Source: Candidatus Babeliales bacterium (GTDB lineage Bacteria; Babelota; Babeliae; Babelales; Vermiphilaceae). From it: a DNA stretch of 64,000 nucleotides. Position numbers and translations under genes: made by a program. The stretch lies in the NCBI GenBank assembly GCA_963743635.1, contig CAVUQO010000002.1:512001-576000 (forward strand). Reading direction: 5' to 3'. Each line of letters begins with the position of its first letter. Positions within the stretch are counted from its first letter, which is position 1. Shown here in pieces: positions 22,761 through 33,726 of the stretch. A model generated the notes under the pieces. The model ran no database searches, was not told where the DNA came from, and saw nothing but the letters and a program-made list of their open reading frames with translations.

Positions 22761-25700
22761 ATGTTTCTTAAATTCTCGAAAAATTTTCAGATGTTTTTCA
22801 TCTGGGGTGTAATCGAAAGCTTATTGCTTTCAGGCTCTCTTTTGGCCGCTACAATTCAAGTCACCAATACCGACGGTGGGTCATATCTACCTGGTTCTCT
22901 AGGCCTTGCTATTCAGCAAGCCCAAGATGGTGACATCGTCGACTGTTCACCTATCGCCGGACAAACAATCAGTGTGTCAGGGGAGCGCCTATCACCAATT
23001 GTATCTTCTTGCACTATTTTGGGCAGTGGCGTGATCATCGATGGCGGCAGTGAATATCCCGTTTTCTCGTCAGCCCAAGGCTCGGCTAGCATTACTGATT
23101 TCATCATTCAAAATGGGCTTTCGCAAGGCGGCGCTGGAGGTCTTGGGCAAACCGGCGGGGGCGGCGGAACCGGTGGCGGTGGTGCTCTTTATATACACTC
23201 AGGCACTACTTTGACCATCTCTGCAATAAGTCTCAATACCAACCAAGCCATTGGTGGTGCTGGCGGCGCTGGTAACACCGGCGGCTCTGGCGGCGGCGGT
23301 GGCGGTTTTGGCGGTGGGAGGGGTGGCGTTTCGACGCATACTGGTTCTACTGCTGGCGCGGGCGGTGGCGGCGGTGGAAATAATGGTGGATTCATGGTGG
23401 ACTCAAGGGGCTGGGTCACCCAATACGTTTTGCAAATTATGCCGGTGCTGGCGGTGGCGGGGAGATTCCTTCTGAATATGTGCCTGCGGGACACGGAGGT
23501 AGCGTTGCCGCTACTTATACGACTCCTGCCATAAATGGTGGAGGGGGGCTCGGGCAGCGCAACTAATGGTGCAGGAGGCGGAGGCGGCGCTGGCTCGGGT
23601 GGAAGCGGTTCGCAGGGTTCTGATTCGATCGATGAGGGGGGAAGTGGTATAGGGGGTGCTGGCGGTTTAGGCATCGGCGCTGAATTATGGTGCTGGTGGT
23701 GGAGGCGGCGGCGGAAATGGCGGTGGCGCAGGCCATGGCATAAGTGGCGGTGGCGGAGGATTTAATGGTCCTGGAGGTTCGGAGGTATTTTGGGCGGCGG
23801 AGGCGGTGCTTCAAGCAGTAGTGCGGGTGGCAATGGCGGTTTCGGTGCGGGCGGTAGGCGGAGGCCATGGTGGTGGCGTCGATATTTATGGCCTCGGTGG
23901 AGCGGGTGGCTCAGCAACAGACGAGCCTGCAGGCGGCGGCGGAGGATCTGGACTTGGCGGAGCCATATTCATTCAAAAAGGGGCCCAACTCATCATTCAA
24001 GATGGCGTCAGTTTTTCTGGCAACTCGACGACCGCTGGAATGGGCGGTACAGCAGCGGGATACGGTAGTGGAGAAAATGGATCTTCTCTTGGACAAGATA
24101 TCTTTATCCAGTCGGGAGGAAGTCTTAACTTTCAGGTCAATGGTGCATTAATACTTTCCAATCCAATTGAGGGAGCGGGTTTTTTATCCGAAGCCACGGA
24201 GCCTGGACTCATTAAATCGGGCACGGGGACTGTTAGTCTGACTGGTGCTAATACTTATCTGGGCGGTACCCTCATTCAATCGGGAACATTGAACTTGAAT
24301 GGATCTGTCAGTGGAGATGTGAATATCGAATCAGGCGGCACATTATCGGGCAATGCAATTGTTAATGGTAACATCTATAGTAATGGATCGATCTCACCAG
24401 GTAATTCGATCGGCGAAATTTTTACTACCGATCTCTATTTATATCCTACAAGCATCTATAACGTCGAAGTCAACTCTGCAGGCGATAGCAATATAATCAC
24501 TGCGTCTGGATTCGCTCAGATTGGCGGTGGTGTCGTAGTGAGCCCTGATAATTTCAATTTCACGACGCCACTTACCTACACCATCATCAGTACGAGCACC
24601 GGCGTGATCGGAGAATTTTCTTCGCTCACCAGTTCCGTTCCATCTCTCATGAGTTTGATTTATAACCCTCTGACCGTTCAACTCACTTACTTGCCGTTAG
24701 ATGCCATCGGTCTTACATGCAATGCGCGCAACGCTGCAAACTGTTTTGCTACGCTTTCAGCGCTTCCAGGGTCAGATGCAGCAACGATCAGCAATGCTTT
24801 GCTTGCTTTAAACTTTGATAGCATCGAGGCAGCCTTTGAACAGATGAGTCCTGCGCAGTTTTCGGGTCCTACAGAAGTTCAACTTCTCGATGCCATCCTC
24901 GTTCGTTCTACTTACACCAAACATTTGCAAAAATTTTGTTTCAATCAAGATCCGTATTATGAACAACCGCTCAGTCTTTGGATCGATGGCATTGCTCAAT
25001 GGCAGAATCAAGGAAATCCATTTGGATATAAGGACACCACTGCCGGCGCTACGATCGGCCTCGATTACTTCATTCGTGACTGGCTCTTGGGATTGGCTTT
25101 CAGCGTCACGAACGATCACTGCCATTTGAAACAGTGCGCTGGCAAAGCCACTATTAACAGCTATTACGGAGGATTATACGGCTGTTGGAATCGCGATCGA
25201 TTTTATCTGAATGCCGCCGTTCTCGGCGCGTTCAACAAATATAAGACCACGCGCCAACTCAATTTTGGCACCATCGAACGATGTGCGTACTCTCAACATA
25301 ATGGGAATGAGTGGTTGCCTCATGTGGGCTTTGGGTATCAAGCGCGCTCGCCTCATTTCCAGTGGACTCCTTACCTCAATCTCGATTATGTCCTAGAGCA
25401 TGAGCAGAGCTACACTGAAAGTGGCGCTGATAGTCTTAACCTCCACGTGAACTCCAAAAATGCAAGACTCTTTCAAGGAGAGGTTGGAATTTCTCTGAGC
25501 ACTACCTATGAAGCTGGTAATGGCGTGTTTATGCCAATACTTAGTTTGGCGTATATAAACCAAACTCCTTGCGCGAGCAAACAGTACGGTGCAAATTTCG
25601 TAAATTCTTGCTGCTCGTTTACTGGTAAGGGCGGGAACTATGAACGAAATTTATTTGTCCCTCGTCTGGCTTTCATTTATCAAGGTTTCTGCGATGTCTC

Positions 25701-25776
25701 GATCTATTATGACGGCCAGGTAGGTAATAAATACTGGGCTCAAGACGTGGTATTTGATCTCACGTTCCATTTCTAA
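22761..25776 (+). CDS. Glycine-rich autotransporter (type Va) with C-terminal beta-barrel; frameshifts in the GGC-rich part
   Basis: Signal peptide, GGGGxG repeats, passenger repeat LIKSGTGTVSLTGANTYLGGTLIQSGTL, barrel ending in the aromatic LTFHF. Confidence 0.88.
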
Positions 25777-25777
25777 T

Positions 25778-26887
25778 TTAAATGTGCATATCAATATAGA
25801 ATCTGCGCATTGAAATGCCATTTAACCAGCCGAGTGATGCAAGTGTAATCCATAAATTACTCACGCCGTAACTGATGAGCGGTAGCGGGATGCCGACGAT
25901 GGGCAGTAAGTCAGTTACCATGCAGATATTAATGAGTGCCGAAAATACGATATGCATCAAGAGTCCTGTGGCAAGGACTTGAATTGCCAAGTGCTTGATG
26001 GTAGCTACCATGGCAAAGAGGCGAGAAAAGAGCAGGATGTACAGTAAGATAATGATTAGTACGCCGCAAAAACCAACCTCTTCTGCAATCACTGCAAAAA
26101 TAAAATCGGTACGACTTTCAGGTAAAAAAAAGAGCTGGTTTTGAGTGCCTTGTAAGAATCCTTTGCCGGTCATGCCGCCCGATCCAATGGCAATTTTTGA
26201 TTGTTCAATTTGATAGCGCTCTTTCTGCGAGCTGCCATAACCGAAAAATACGAAAATGCGTTGCTGCTGATAGGGTTTGAGGCAATGCCATAAAACGGGT
26301 GCTGCAATGGCACATGCCAAAAAGCCGCAGATGAAAAACTGCTTATCAACGCCGGCGACCCAGAGCATGCTGAAGGTAGCGAATACTAAAATTAGTGCGG
26401 TGCCCAAATCTGGTTGTTTAACGATTAATAAAAAGCTGATAGCAAGGAGTATAAAGATGGGGATGAAATCTTTGAACGTTAGTTTGCGTTCATAATGGGT
26501 GTAAAGGTAATAGCCAAAAAATGCCGGAAAACATAATTTTGTAAGCTCAGATGGTTGCACTTTAATAATACCCAAATTAATCCATCGCTGCCCACCCATG
26601 CCAATATGCCCCTTAATAATCGTAAATATTAAAAGTCCGATGAGGATGAAATATGCAAAATATCCCCAACGCATAAGCGATCGATAATCGGTGAACACAA
26701 AGATGAGATAGATGATAAATCCAGAGATGCAGCCAATGAGTTGCTTATAAAAGAAGGTAGAGTAGGGCTGATCAACGCGATACGTTGCGCTGTAAACTGC
26801 AACTAAACCGATGCCAACCAAAATGAGCGTGAGTATGAAACTCACCCAATCAAAATCGCGTATATGATAACTTTTTATACGTGCCAT
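25778..26887 (-). CDS. rodA: Rod shape-determining protein RodA (SEDS family)
   Basis: QRWI, QPSELTK, QPDLGT, QSKIAIGSGG, LPESRTDFIFAVIAEE, GIPLPLISYG. Confidence 0.93.
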   Translation of the reverse strand: MARIKSYHIRDFDWVSFILTLILVGIGLVAVYSATYRVDQPYSTFFYKQLIGCISGFIIYLIFVFTDYRSLMRWGYFAYFILIGLLIFTIIKGHIGMGGQRWINLGIIKVQPSELTKLCFPAFFGYYLYTHYERKLTFKDFIPIFILLAISFLLIVKQPDLGTALILVFATFSMLWVAGVDKQFFICGFLACAIAAPVLWHCLKPYQQQRIFVFFGYGSSQKERYQIEQSKIAIGSGGMTGKGFLQGTQNQLFFLPESRTDFIFAVIAEEVGFCGVLIIILLYILLFSRLFAMVATIKHLAIQVLATGLLMHIVFSALINICMVTDLLPIVGIPLPLISYGVSNLWITLASLGWLNGISMRRFYIDMHI

Positions 26888-27005
26888 TAAAAAACCTTTA
26901 GTATTGAGATGCTACTAGGATAGCCTGATTTTCAGTTATGTACAAAATGATGATAGTGTATTATGGTTGCTGTATTGAGCATTGATTTGTTTTAAGGGGT
27001 CATTA

Positions 27006-27449
27006 ATGAAAAATGTGATGTTGAGCATGATGTTATTTAGTGCATTTGCTTTAAATGCAATGGATGGCAATAATTTTGAAGGTGGGCGTGATCTAGAAGC
27101 GGGCACCGCCATGTCCGATTTTAGCAATCATCACATTCAAATGCTACCGGCGCATTATCCATCATTGACTCCGGAAATAACGCCGCATGCATTGCTTTTA
27201 GAGCATCAATATCAAGACCATTCGCCATCAGCATCGCCAACGACGCTGTTGAATGTCTATGTGCCTCAAGCGGTCGATAATAATGCCGAGAATCGCTATT
27301 ATATCCATGGAAATCGATTGCTTCATTATGTGCGAATTCCTTTTTTGCATAATGAGACAAAAATGTACGGAGCGGGGTTAGCTGTATTTGCCCTTGGTGC
27401 GATAATAGGATTGAAAGCGAGTCCTTGGTTGAACGGATGCAATCAATGA
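27006..27449 (+). CDS. Hypothetical secreted protein with C-terminal TM segment
   Basis: Signal peptide ending LNAM; C-terminal MYGAGLAVFALGAIIGL. Confidence 0.7.
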   Translation: MKNVMLSMMLFSAFALNAMDGNNFEGGRDLEAGTAMSDFSNHHIQMLPAHYPSLTPEITPHALLLEHQYQDHSPSASPTTLLNVYVPQAVDNNAENRYYIHGNRLLHYVRIPFLHNETKMYGAGLAVFALGAIIGLKASPWLNGCNQ

Positions 27450-27455
27450 TGATTG

Positions 27456-28280
27456 TTAGATTTGGCAAATTTCAACTGATTCATTAACTATCGCTTCGAT
27501 TTCTTTTTGAGAAAATCCTAATTTTTTTAAAATGTGAGCATGCTTTTCTACGTCATGACACAAGACCACATTTTCTCCTATGAGCATTCTCTTTTGACTT
27601 CCACTCAAACTCGTGAGTGCCGTGACCGGATGCAATCCATATTTGGCCACAAGGTCGGGCAAGGACTTGCCCTCGGGGTACGACCATCCAAGGAGCTGAA
27701 TGTTTCGACATTCGGCAAATTTGATGGCTTGCGTGGTGAATTTGGTATTGGTCACGATCCATGCTTGGTGAAATTCTGGCGCTCGCTTTTTTCCCCATGC
27801 TTCCTTTACATCATCAAATCGCGCTTTGACGTAGAGTGATACTTTTACATCGCATTTCAAATCCTGACGCCCGTGAAATTTACATTCAACCATATATCGT
27901 TCGTTATTGTTGGTGCAAATGGCATCGATTTCATGGTCGACGCAGTGGCCCGTCACAATTTCATTCGTGGTTACCGTATATCCTTCTTTGCGAAACAGGT
28001 CGGCGATGTATTGCTCGAAGGGAAATCCTGCGGGTCCTAATTCAAGGAGTGCTTGCTTTAAGCTATAGCGGCCGCCAAATGATGGTTTTGTCTTTTTCAA
28101 ATGGCTGTATGCAAATTCGTAAATCTTTTGCGTGGTACGCAAGTCCGTATTTTTTGTAACTTCTTCAAGGATTTCTTGAATCAGCTCTTCCGGCGCTCTT
28201 GATTTGCGCAGAGACCGTTTTAATTTTTCCGGATCGAATAATTCTTTCTCACCCGACATTTTCGTTATATAAAAGGACAT
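27456..28280 (-). CDS. ATP-cone domain fused to an Mrr-like PD-(D/E)xK restriction endonuclease domain
   Basis: N-terminal ITKMSGEKELFDPEKLKRSL (ATP cone); FEQYIADLF, HEIDA, VECKFH, IVTNTKFT. Confidence 0.85.
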   Translation of the reverse strand: MSFYITKMSGEKELFDPEKLKRSLRKSRAPEELIQEILEEVTKNTDLRTTQKIYEFAYSHLKKTKPSFGGRYSLKQALLELGPAGFPFEQYIADLFRKEGYTVTTNEIVTGHCVDHEIDAICTNNNERYMVECKFHGRQDLKCDVKVSLYVKARFDDVKEAWGKKRAPEFHQAWIVTNTKFTTQAIKFAECRNIQLLGWSYPEGKSLPDLVAKYGLHPVTALTSLSGSQKRMLIGENVVLCHDVEKHAHILKKLGFSQKEIEAIVNESVEICQI

Positions 28281-29029
28281 TGTTCACCACCATGCGTAAT
28301 AGTTGGGGTATTTTGTTCACGCTCTCAAGGGTAGCCGCGAAAGAGGTCTGATGTAAATAGTAGCGTATTTGAACTCTCAAATAGGTTTAAGTAGTGAATG
28401 GATTCTTGTTGCAAAAAGAGGGCCCAACCTGTCGGCAGGACCATGTCCATTTTTCAGCATGAAAGAATACGGGGTTTTGGGCGCCGCGTTGCCACAGTGA
28501 TGCTCTCTGGAAAGAGCGTTAAAACTGTGCATAATATGCGCGAGTGCAATAAAAGCAACGCGTTTTTGAATTATCAGCCTGCACGGTGTTGCGAGTGTCT
28601 TTTTGTCTCATTTGTAATGATTTTAAAATATTTTTTTTTAATTTTAACATTAACTATGTGAAAGGTTTTTGATTTATCAAGGTTCGGTGACGCTTGTTTT
28701 TGCATTTTTGAGGATGTCAGGCAGAAATCTGTGCTTTTTGTGCTTTTGGTGTGCTTGCTTATAACTTTTTTTGAGTTATACATGGATTAATATATTAAGA
28801 AAAACTTTAAATATTGAGGGATTTTTGTGCGGATAAATGAATAATGCAGGCAGCGATCTAATCCAGGCTTCATTTGTTCAGTCTGCGCTTCCTGCGGAAG
28901 CTACTTCTGACAAGCCGGCCTGTCCGACATAGCCGTAGGCGACGACGGAACTTTCTATTCGCATGAAGACGAGGACAAAAACTAAGTTTTTTTATGCGAA
29001 TGAAACGCCATATAACTGGAGTAAGAGAC

Positions 29030-29377
29030 ATGAAACCAATCAAAATCATAGGATACCTCCTCGTGATTGCAGCGCTTGAAGGGGCGGTGCAAGAGTATCT
29101 GAGGATGACCGCATCACATGCGAAAGAGGATCCTTATTATTATGGGGATTATCATAATCCCGTGCGAAAGGATGATCGAAAGAAGGAATCGACTCATTCA
29201 TGGTACGAGATTGTGTTGGCGATCATGCAGAGCCTGTGGGCGATGTTGGTTCGCACTGTACAATCAATGTGGCATGCTATTCGCGAATGGGTTGAACTTG
29301 TACTGATAGTTTTTGAATGTTCAGAACTCGTTCATAAACTTGCAGGACGGTTCAATTTGTGGGGAGGATTGCAGTAG
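29030..29377 (+). CDS. Hypothetical protein
   Basis: ORF with GGAG RBS and N-terminal hydrophobic segment. Confidence 0.5.
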   Translation: MKPIKIIGYLLVIAALEGAVQEYLRMTASHAKEDPYYYGDYHNPVRKDDRKKESTHSWYEIVLAIMQSLWAMLVRTVQSMWHAIREWVELVLIVFECSELVHKLAGRFNLWGGLQ

Positions 29378-29491
29378 GTGCGTGTGCGGGAAAGGGTGCG
29401 CCTTGAATGGCGCATTCTCCTTGCGCAATGAGATTAATAAAAAAGGCTCTCTTCAAACAAAGGGAGCCTTTTAAACTGAGTGCTGAGGATG

Positions 29492-30055
29492 TTATTCGGT
29501 TGGAGTAATTTTTTTAACTTCTTCTTGTCTTACCAAGACCCACTTCAAACCTTGTTCACCGATTTGTTGTCTTGCAGGAATATGGTCCATTTGTGTATCT
29601 GGAATGAGTTGGCGCTGCATGTCGTTGTATCTGATTTCTTCGCCTGCTGCAATTAGACAACCTAAAATGGATAAACCAGCGGGTAAAGACGTGTCTACTT
29701 TATGGACTAAACCGTAGACGTGAGTAGCGACGCCTAAAGTTCCAAGGACAACCTTGGCGAAGGACGCATTTCCTTTTCTCGCGTCAAGTAATGCGACTGC
29801 TTGAGGACCGAATGCTTTGTAAGTGCGGCGTAGCGTTACGTTATTATTGTTGTTGTTATCATTGTTATTATTTGTTGATTCTACATGGTCATAACTAATT
29901 TTGTAGCGGGCTTGTCCCAAAAGTGAACGTGTGTCTACAGGGTAGTCTTTGCTGAGAGTTATGATTTCTGCAAGTCCTTTGCTTCCACTGGGGCTTGCAT
30001 GAAGGTTGCCCATAGTTGAGATCAGTAATGCTGCTGCAATAATGCGGTTATTCAT
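29492..30055 (-). CDS. Hypothetical secreted protein with poly-Asn and two TM segments
   Basis: Signal peptide MNNRIIAAALLISTMGNLHA, downstream terminator. Confidence 0.7.
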   Translation of the reverse strand: MNNRIIAAALLISTMGNLHASPSGSKGLAEIITLSKDYPVDTRSLLGQARYKISYDHVESTNNNNDNNNNNNVTLRRTYKAFGPQAVALLDARKGNASFAKVVLGTLGVATHVYGLVHKVDTSLPAGLSILGCLIAAGEEIRYNDMQRQLIPDTQMDHIPARQQIGEQGLKWVLVRQEEVKKITPTE

Positions 30056-30261
30056 AATCGCCTTTCATTGTGGTTTTTAAGGAGATTTTTATCGCATATA
30101 AGGTTACTGCAAATCATGTGTATTGCAATAGAAATGTGATTGCTATTGCCGTAATTCTGTATAACGTGATATCGCGCTTGATATTACAATAAAAAAGGCG
30201 CTCTCTTTAACCGAGGTAAAAGAGAGCGCCTTTTTATGAGAGATTGTGTTACGAAATTAGG

Positions 30262-31239
30262 TTATTGGTTTTGTCTACAATATGGACATGTTTTAGTGAT
30301 ATTGGGATCATAGAGATTATTGAGATCGATACACTCTTTATGGAATTTATGTCTGCATCTTAATGATTTAATGGGGCGAGCACTATCCATCGTGGAATAG
30401 CATATGCTGCACTTGTTATCGGCGTTCTGAATTTCTTCAGGCATATCTGCTGCTGGCATAGATTCTTTTATTTCGCTTACCAAAAACCATGCAACATTTC
30501 GATTGTTCTGCTCAGCAGTGAATGCATGTAACGCTGAATGATCTTCTGTGTTATCAACATGGCCTTCTAGTAATCGTTCAGTATTGCGTGACTTCTTATG
30601 ATTAAGATATGCCAAACCTGCACCAATAAGAATAGCGGCACCGGGTTTTAAGATAGAATCCTTGGTTCCATTCCACAGTATCGGCTTCACAATATCAAAA
30701 GATCCTGGATATTTTGTATTTAAGGCATAACATTCGCCGACGACTGTCAGAACACCTATTGTGTTTGCAAGAAGAGCAATAGATTTGTAGAATAGACCGG
30801 TGGTAAGGATGCTCTCGAGTGCATCATGAATATCACGCTCATTGCGTAATGTTGCGATCGTGTTTTTCGCCGATTTCTTATCATGAGCTTCATAGGTAAT
30901 AGTGCCTTTGACCTCATAGACACGATCATAGTAGGTATGATCAAATCTATTAATTGGTGTGCCAAGTGTACTAGTATCTATTGCAATTGAATCATTGAGC
31001 TTAAGCTTGGCTTTCCAGTCATTTTTCAATTGTGTGGCCCCTTGAGGTTCCAGAGATTTAAGAATTCCGGCCACTTCAGGCATAGTTGGTGCTTGCACCA
31101 AAAGAAATGGTCTTTCTAATAAGCTTGCCTTCAGCAGTTTCAGCGATTTTGGTAATGGATCCATTGCCTGCATAGTCCCCTGGGAAATTAATCCCATGGT
31201 GAATGCGAGTAGTATTGATTTTAAAGTCGTCTTTTTCAT
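30262..31239 (-). CDS. Secreted protein with C-terminal RING finger (E3 ubiquitin ligase candidate)
   Basis: Signal peptide ending QAM; CSIC...CRHKFHKECI...CPYCR RING-H2 pattern; two TM-like segments. Confidence 0.85.
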   Translation of the reverse strand: MKKTTLKSILLAFTMGLISQGTMQAMDPLPKSLKLLKASLLERPFLLVQAPTMPEVAGILKSLEPQGATQLKNDWKAKLKLNDSIAIDTSTLGTPINRFDHTYYDRVYEVKGTITYEAHDKKSAKNTIATLRNERDIHDALESILTTGLFYKSIALLANTIGVLTVVGECYALNTKYPGSFDIVKPILWNGTKDSILKPGAAILIGAGLAYLNHKKSRNTERLLEGHVDNTEDHSALHAFTAEQNNRNVAWFLVSEIKESMPAADMPEEIQNADNKCSICYSTMDSARPIKSLRCRHKFHKECIDLNNLYDPNITKTCPYCRQNQ

Positions 31240-31277
31240 TATGGAGCCTTCATATTCGTTATTTTAATTGAGATCAA

Positions 31278-32474
31278 TTATTGTTGTACTCTTCTACAGG
31301 TTGGGCACGTGAGCGCGTGATGATTTGTTCTTTGTGTTGCAAACCACCGATTGATGCAATCTGCATGAAATGTGTGTGCGCAAGTCAGTACTCTTAGATT
31401 ATTATCATGAGATGGTATAGCATCCTGACAAATAGCACATTCACTTTCTTCCGCTTCATTTGCATCTACGTGACGTTCAGCTACTGGGTGCGCTGCAACT
31501 GCGGCTCCTGGTAGTGCATATGCTGGTTCTGGTGCTTGTGCAGGGCGGTAGCTTTCAGCGATATGGAGCGCATTGTATGCGAGATGTACTCCACTAATAC
31601 ACATGAAGCCTATACAGACTCCTGCCACTCGAGGGAACTGGGTGACTATTCTACTTAAGGCAGAAGTTACCGATCGAGCAACCAATGATGGCAAAGTATT
31701 TGGTTCGATTTGTTGTGTCGGTGGTGTAATACCCAGAATGCGATCTCTCATGCGATCGCCGAGCGCCTGTAGGTTCTGTAATGATTCAAGAAGTGTGTCT
31801 TCAAATATACTGCGACGAGCTCCGAGATTTTGTAATGCTTCAATAAGTTTATCGAGTAATTTTTCTTGTCTGATTGCGGGAGCTTGCACCGAAGTCAATA
31901 TATGATATGCCGCGATTGGAGTAGTTACGACTCCTGAGCATAACGCTGCGCAAAATATGTCGTATTGTTCAGGATTGAGTCGGCGTAACCTTGCCAACAG
32001 TGTATCAATGTTGTTTGAAATATCTGCGTTGATGCGATTCATAGCAACAGTTAATCTTGTTGCAGTCGGCATAATGCACGAATAAGAAGCAGGTTCTATT
32101 ACTACAGGTTCTGCTGCTTGTTGGCGTGGCGCAATATCAAAAAGTTGTCTGCCGGTAAGTCTATTTAAAGCGTCTAGACCGGGTGTGATAACTGAGTAAT
32201 GTCTGTCGTTTTCATTTGGTTGTTCCTGTACGGCAGGAGCTTGTTCTTGTCTTCGTGGCATGACATCAAAGAGCTGTCTGCCGGCGAGTCTATTTAGCAT
32301 CTCTAGGCCGGGTGTGATAACTGAGTTATGTGTGCGTTCAGCTACTGCTGGTGCGGGTATTTCTGATATCTGAGAACTTGGCGATAATCGACCATTCATT
32401 GCCTGCATAGTTCCCTGGGAAATTAATCCCGCGGTGAATGCGAGTAGTAATTTTTTTATAGCTGTTTTCTTCAT
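31278..32474 (-). CDS. Secreted protein with C-terminal RING-H2 finger (E3 ubiquitin ligase candidate)
   Basis: Signal peptide ending QAM; CAIC...CAHTFHADCINRW...CPTCR; internal 26-aa duplication HxSVITPGLxxLNRLxGRQLFD. Confidence 0.88.
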   Translation of the reverse strand: MKKTAIKKLLLAFTAGLISQGTMQAMNGRLSPSSQISEIPAPAVAERTHNSVITPGLEMLNRLAGRQLFDVMPRRQEQAPAVQEQPNENDRHYSVITPGLDALNRLTGRQLFDIAPRQQAAEPVVIEPASYSCIMPTATRLTVAMNRINADISNNIDTLLARLRRLNPEQYDIFCAALCSGVVTTPIAAYHILTSVQAPAIRQEKLLDKLIEALQNLGARRSIFEDTLLESLQNLQALGDRMRDRILGITPPTQQIEPNTLPSLVARSVTSALSRIVTQFPRVAGVCIGFMCISGVHLAYNALHIAESYRPAQAPEPAYALPGAAVAAHPVAERHVDANEAEESECAICQDAIPSHDNNLRVLTCAHTFHADCINRWFATQRTNHHALTCPTCRRVQQ

Positions 32475-32609
32475 GAAAACTCCTTTATTGGTATTGTTAT
32501 TATGTTTTTATCTTCTATATAATATTATCAGATAGAAATGTGTTTGTAAAAAAGGGGGGCTGTTGTGGCTCTGGGAGGCTTGATTCATGTGAGGATAGGG
32601 TGGAAAGGG

Positions 32610-32690
32610 CCCTACTACGCTATCCTTCGCCTCCTTCGTCAGGCTCAGAACCCGTTCAGGGTGAGCATAGACGAACCACGAAGGGCAGGG
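32610..32690. repeat. Nested REP-like palindromic elements
   Basis: CCCTACTACGCTA...CGAAGGGCAGG (same ends as 33626-33655) interrupted by a TTCGTCAGGCTCAGAAC-CCGTTCAGGGTGAGC element also seen near 53740-53825. Confidence 0.6.
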
Positions 32691-32827
32691 TTGTTGAACC
32701 CGGGGTGAACCTGTGTTGAGGCCTGTATTTGTCTATCTGGGCCCTGGACTGACGCGTAGCAGTAATCAAAGTAAAAAAGGCCCTCTTTAACCGGAGTAAA
32801 AGAGAGCCTTTTAAGAAATTGAATTAC

Positions 32828-33457
32828 TTACTTTGTAGGGATTTCAAGATTGAATGTATTGGAGTTAGTTTTCATGAAATCAAACCAGCTGTTTGATCGC
32901 AGTTCGATTGAAGTCTCCAAAAAATCAGGGACAACAAAGGATTGTGTTTTCCCGTCGGCATCTTTAGGGTATTCAACGTCAGCAAAAATCACTGTTTTAA
33001 ATGTTGATCCTGGTTCAATCGTAATAGGTTGATCGCCCGAGCTAAATCGTTCAATGAGTGGCTTTAAGGCCTGCAGCTGTCCTGCTAGGTTGGATGTTGC
33101 AAAAGCGAGAGGTATAAGAGCGATCGTTATTACAAAAAAGAACGTACCAATATTGAGAGCGCTTATTTGTGAGTCTATGCTTTTTGGTGTGAGTACTTTG
33201 GCATTCAATACTTCAGTGAAGTTATTCGAAAATACTGTAGCCTTACTGCTATTATTCGTTATAGAAAGAATGATGGGATAGACATGTTTCGTATGCAAAT
33301 CTTGATAAAAAGTATCTAAGCATTCTCCTGCAGACATTGCCCGTGCAGTGATAACTATTCCATCCTGTGATTGCGAAACGAGCTCTGGTCTAGCGGCATA
33401 TGCCAGTGGGCTGAGTAATGCCAACGCGAGAATTATTTTAGATAGGTTGAGATTCAT
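32828..33457 (-). CDS. Hypothetical secreted/membrane protein
   Basis: Signal peptide MNLNLSKIILALALLSPLAYA, central TM segment, GGAG RBS. Confidence 0.7.
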   Translation of the reverse strand: MNLNLSKIILALALLSPLAYAARPELVSQSQDGIVITARAMSAGECLDTFYQDLHTKHVYPIILSITNNSSKATVFSNNFTEVLNAKVLTPKSIDSQISALNIGTFFFVITIALIPLAFATSNLAGQLQALKPLIERFSSGDQPITIEPGSTFKTVIFADVEYPKDADGKTQSFVVPDFLETSIELRSNSWFDFMKTNSNTFNLEIPTK

Positions 33458-33663
33458 TGTTATGACTCCATTCTGATATAAAAGGTGCACTAAAATGATG
33501 GTAGTTTAGCCTAATTATGAAACAATAAAAAGGGACTTTTTAGACCGACCTTTTGGCCGTTCAGATTGGGAAATGATGGATGAGTACAGGTGATTTTTTT
33601 GCCTATTGGTTAGGCAGGATAGGTACCCTACTTCGCTAAAGCTTCGAAGGGCAGGCTGGCTCG

Positions 33664-33723
33664 CCATTCATTTTTATCGGCTGCGACGGAAGCGTTCAGC
33701 TAAAGAGGATTGAAAAATGAATG
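33664..33723 (-). repeat. About 60-bp MITE-like element, second copy
   Basis: Reverse complement is 55/60 identical to 14198-14257; lies 3 bp after the GIY-YIG stop codon. Confidence 0.8.
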
Positions 33724-33726
33724 TTT

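Noticed and set aside
23189..23674. Proline-rich protein on the minus strand
   Set aside because: Antisense of the GGC-rich glycine repeats of the autotransporter
28281..28860. Riboswitch in the long intergenic region
   Set aside because: Some short hairpins are present (e.g. GCTCTCTGGAAAGAGC) but no riboswitch consensus could be matched by eye; needs an Rfam scan
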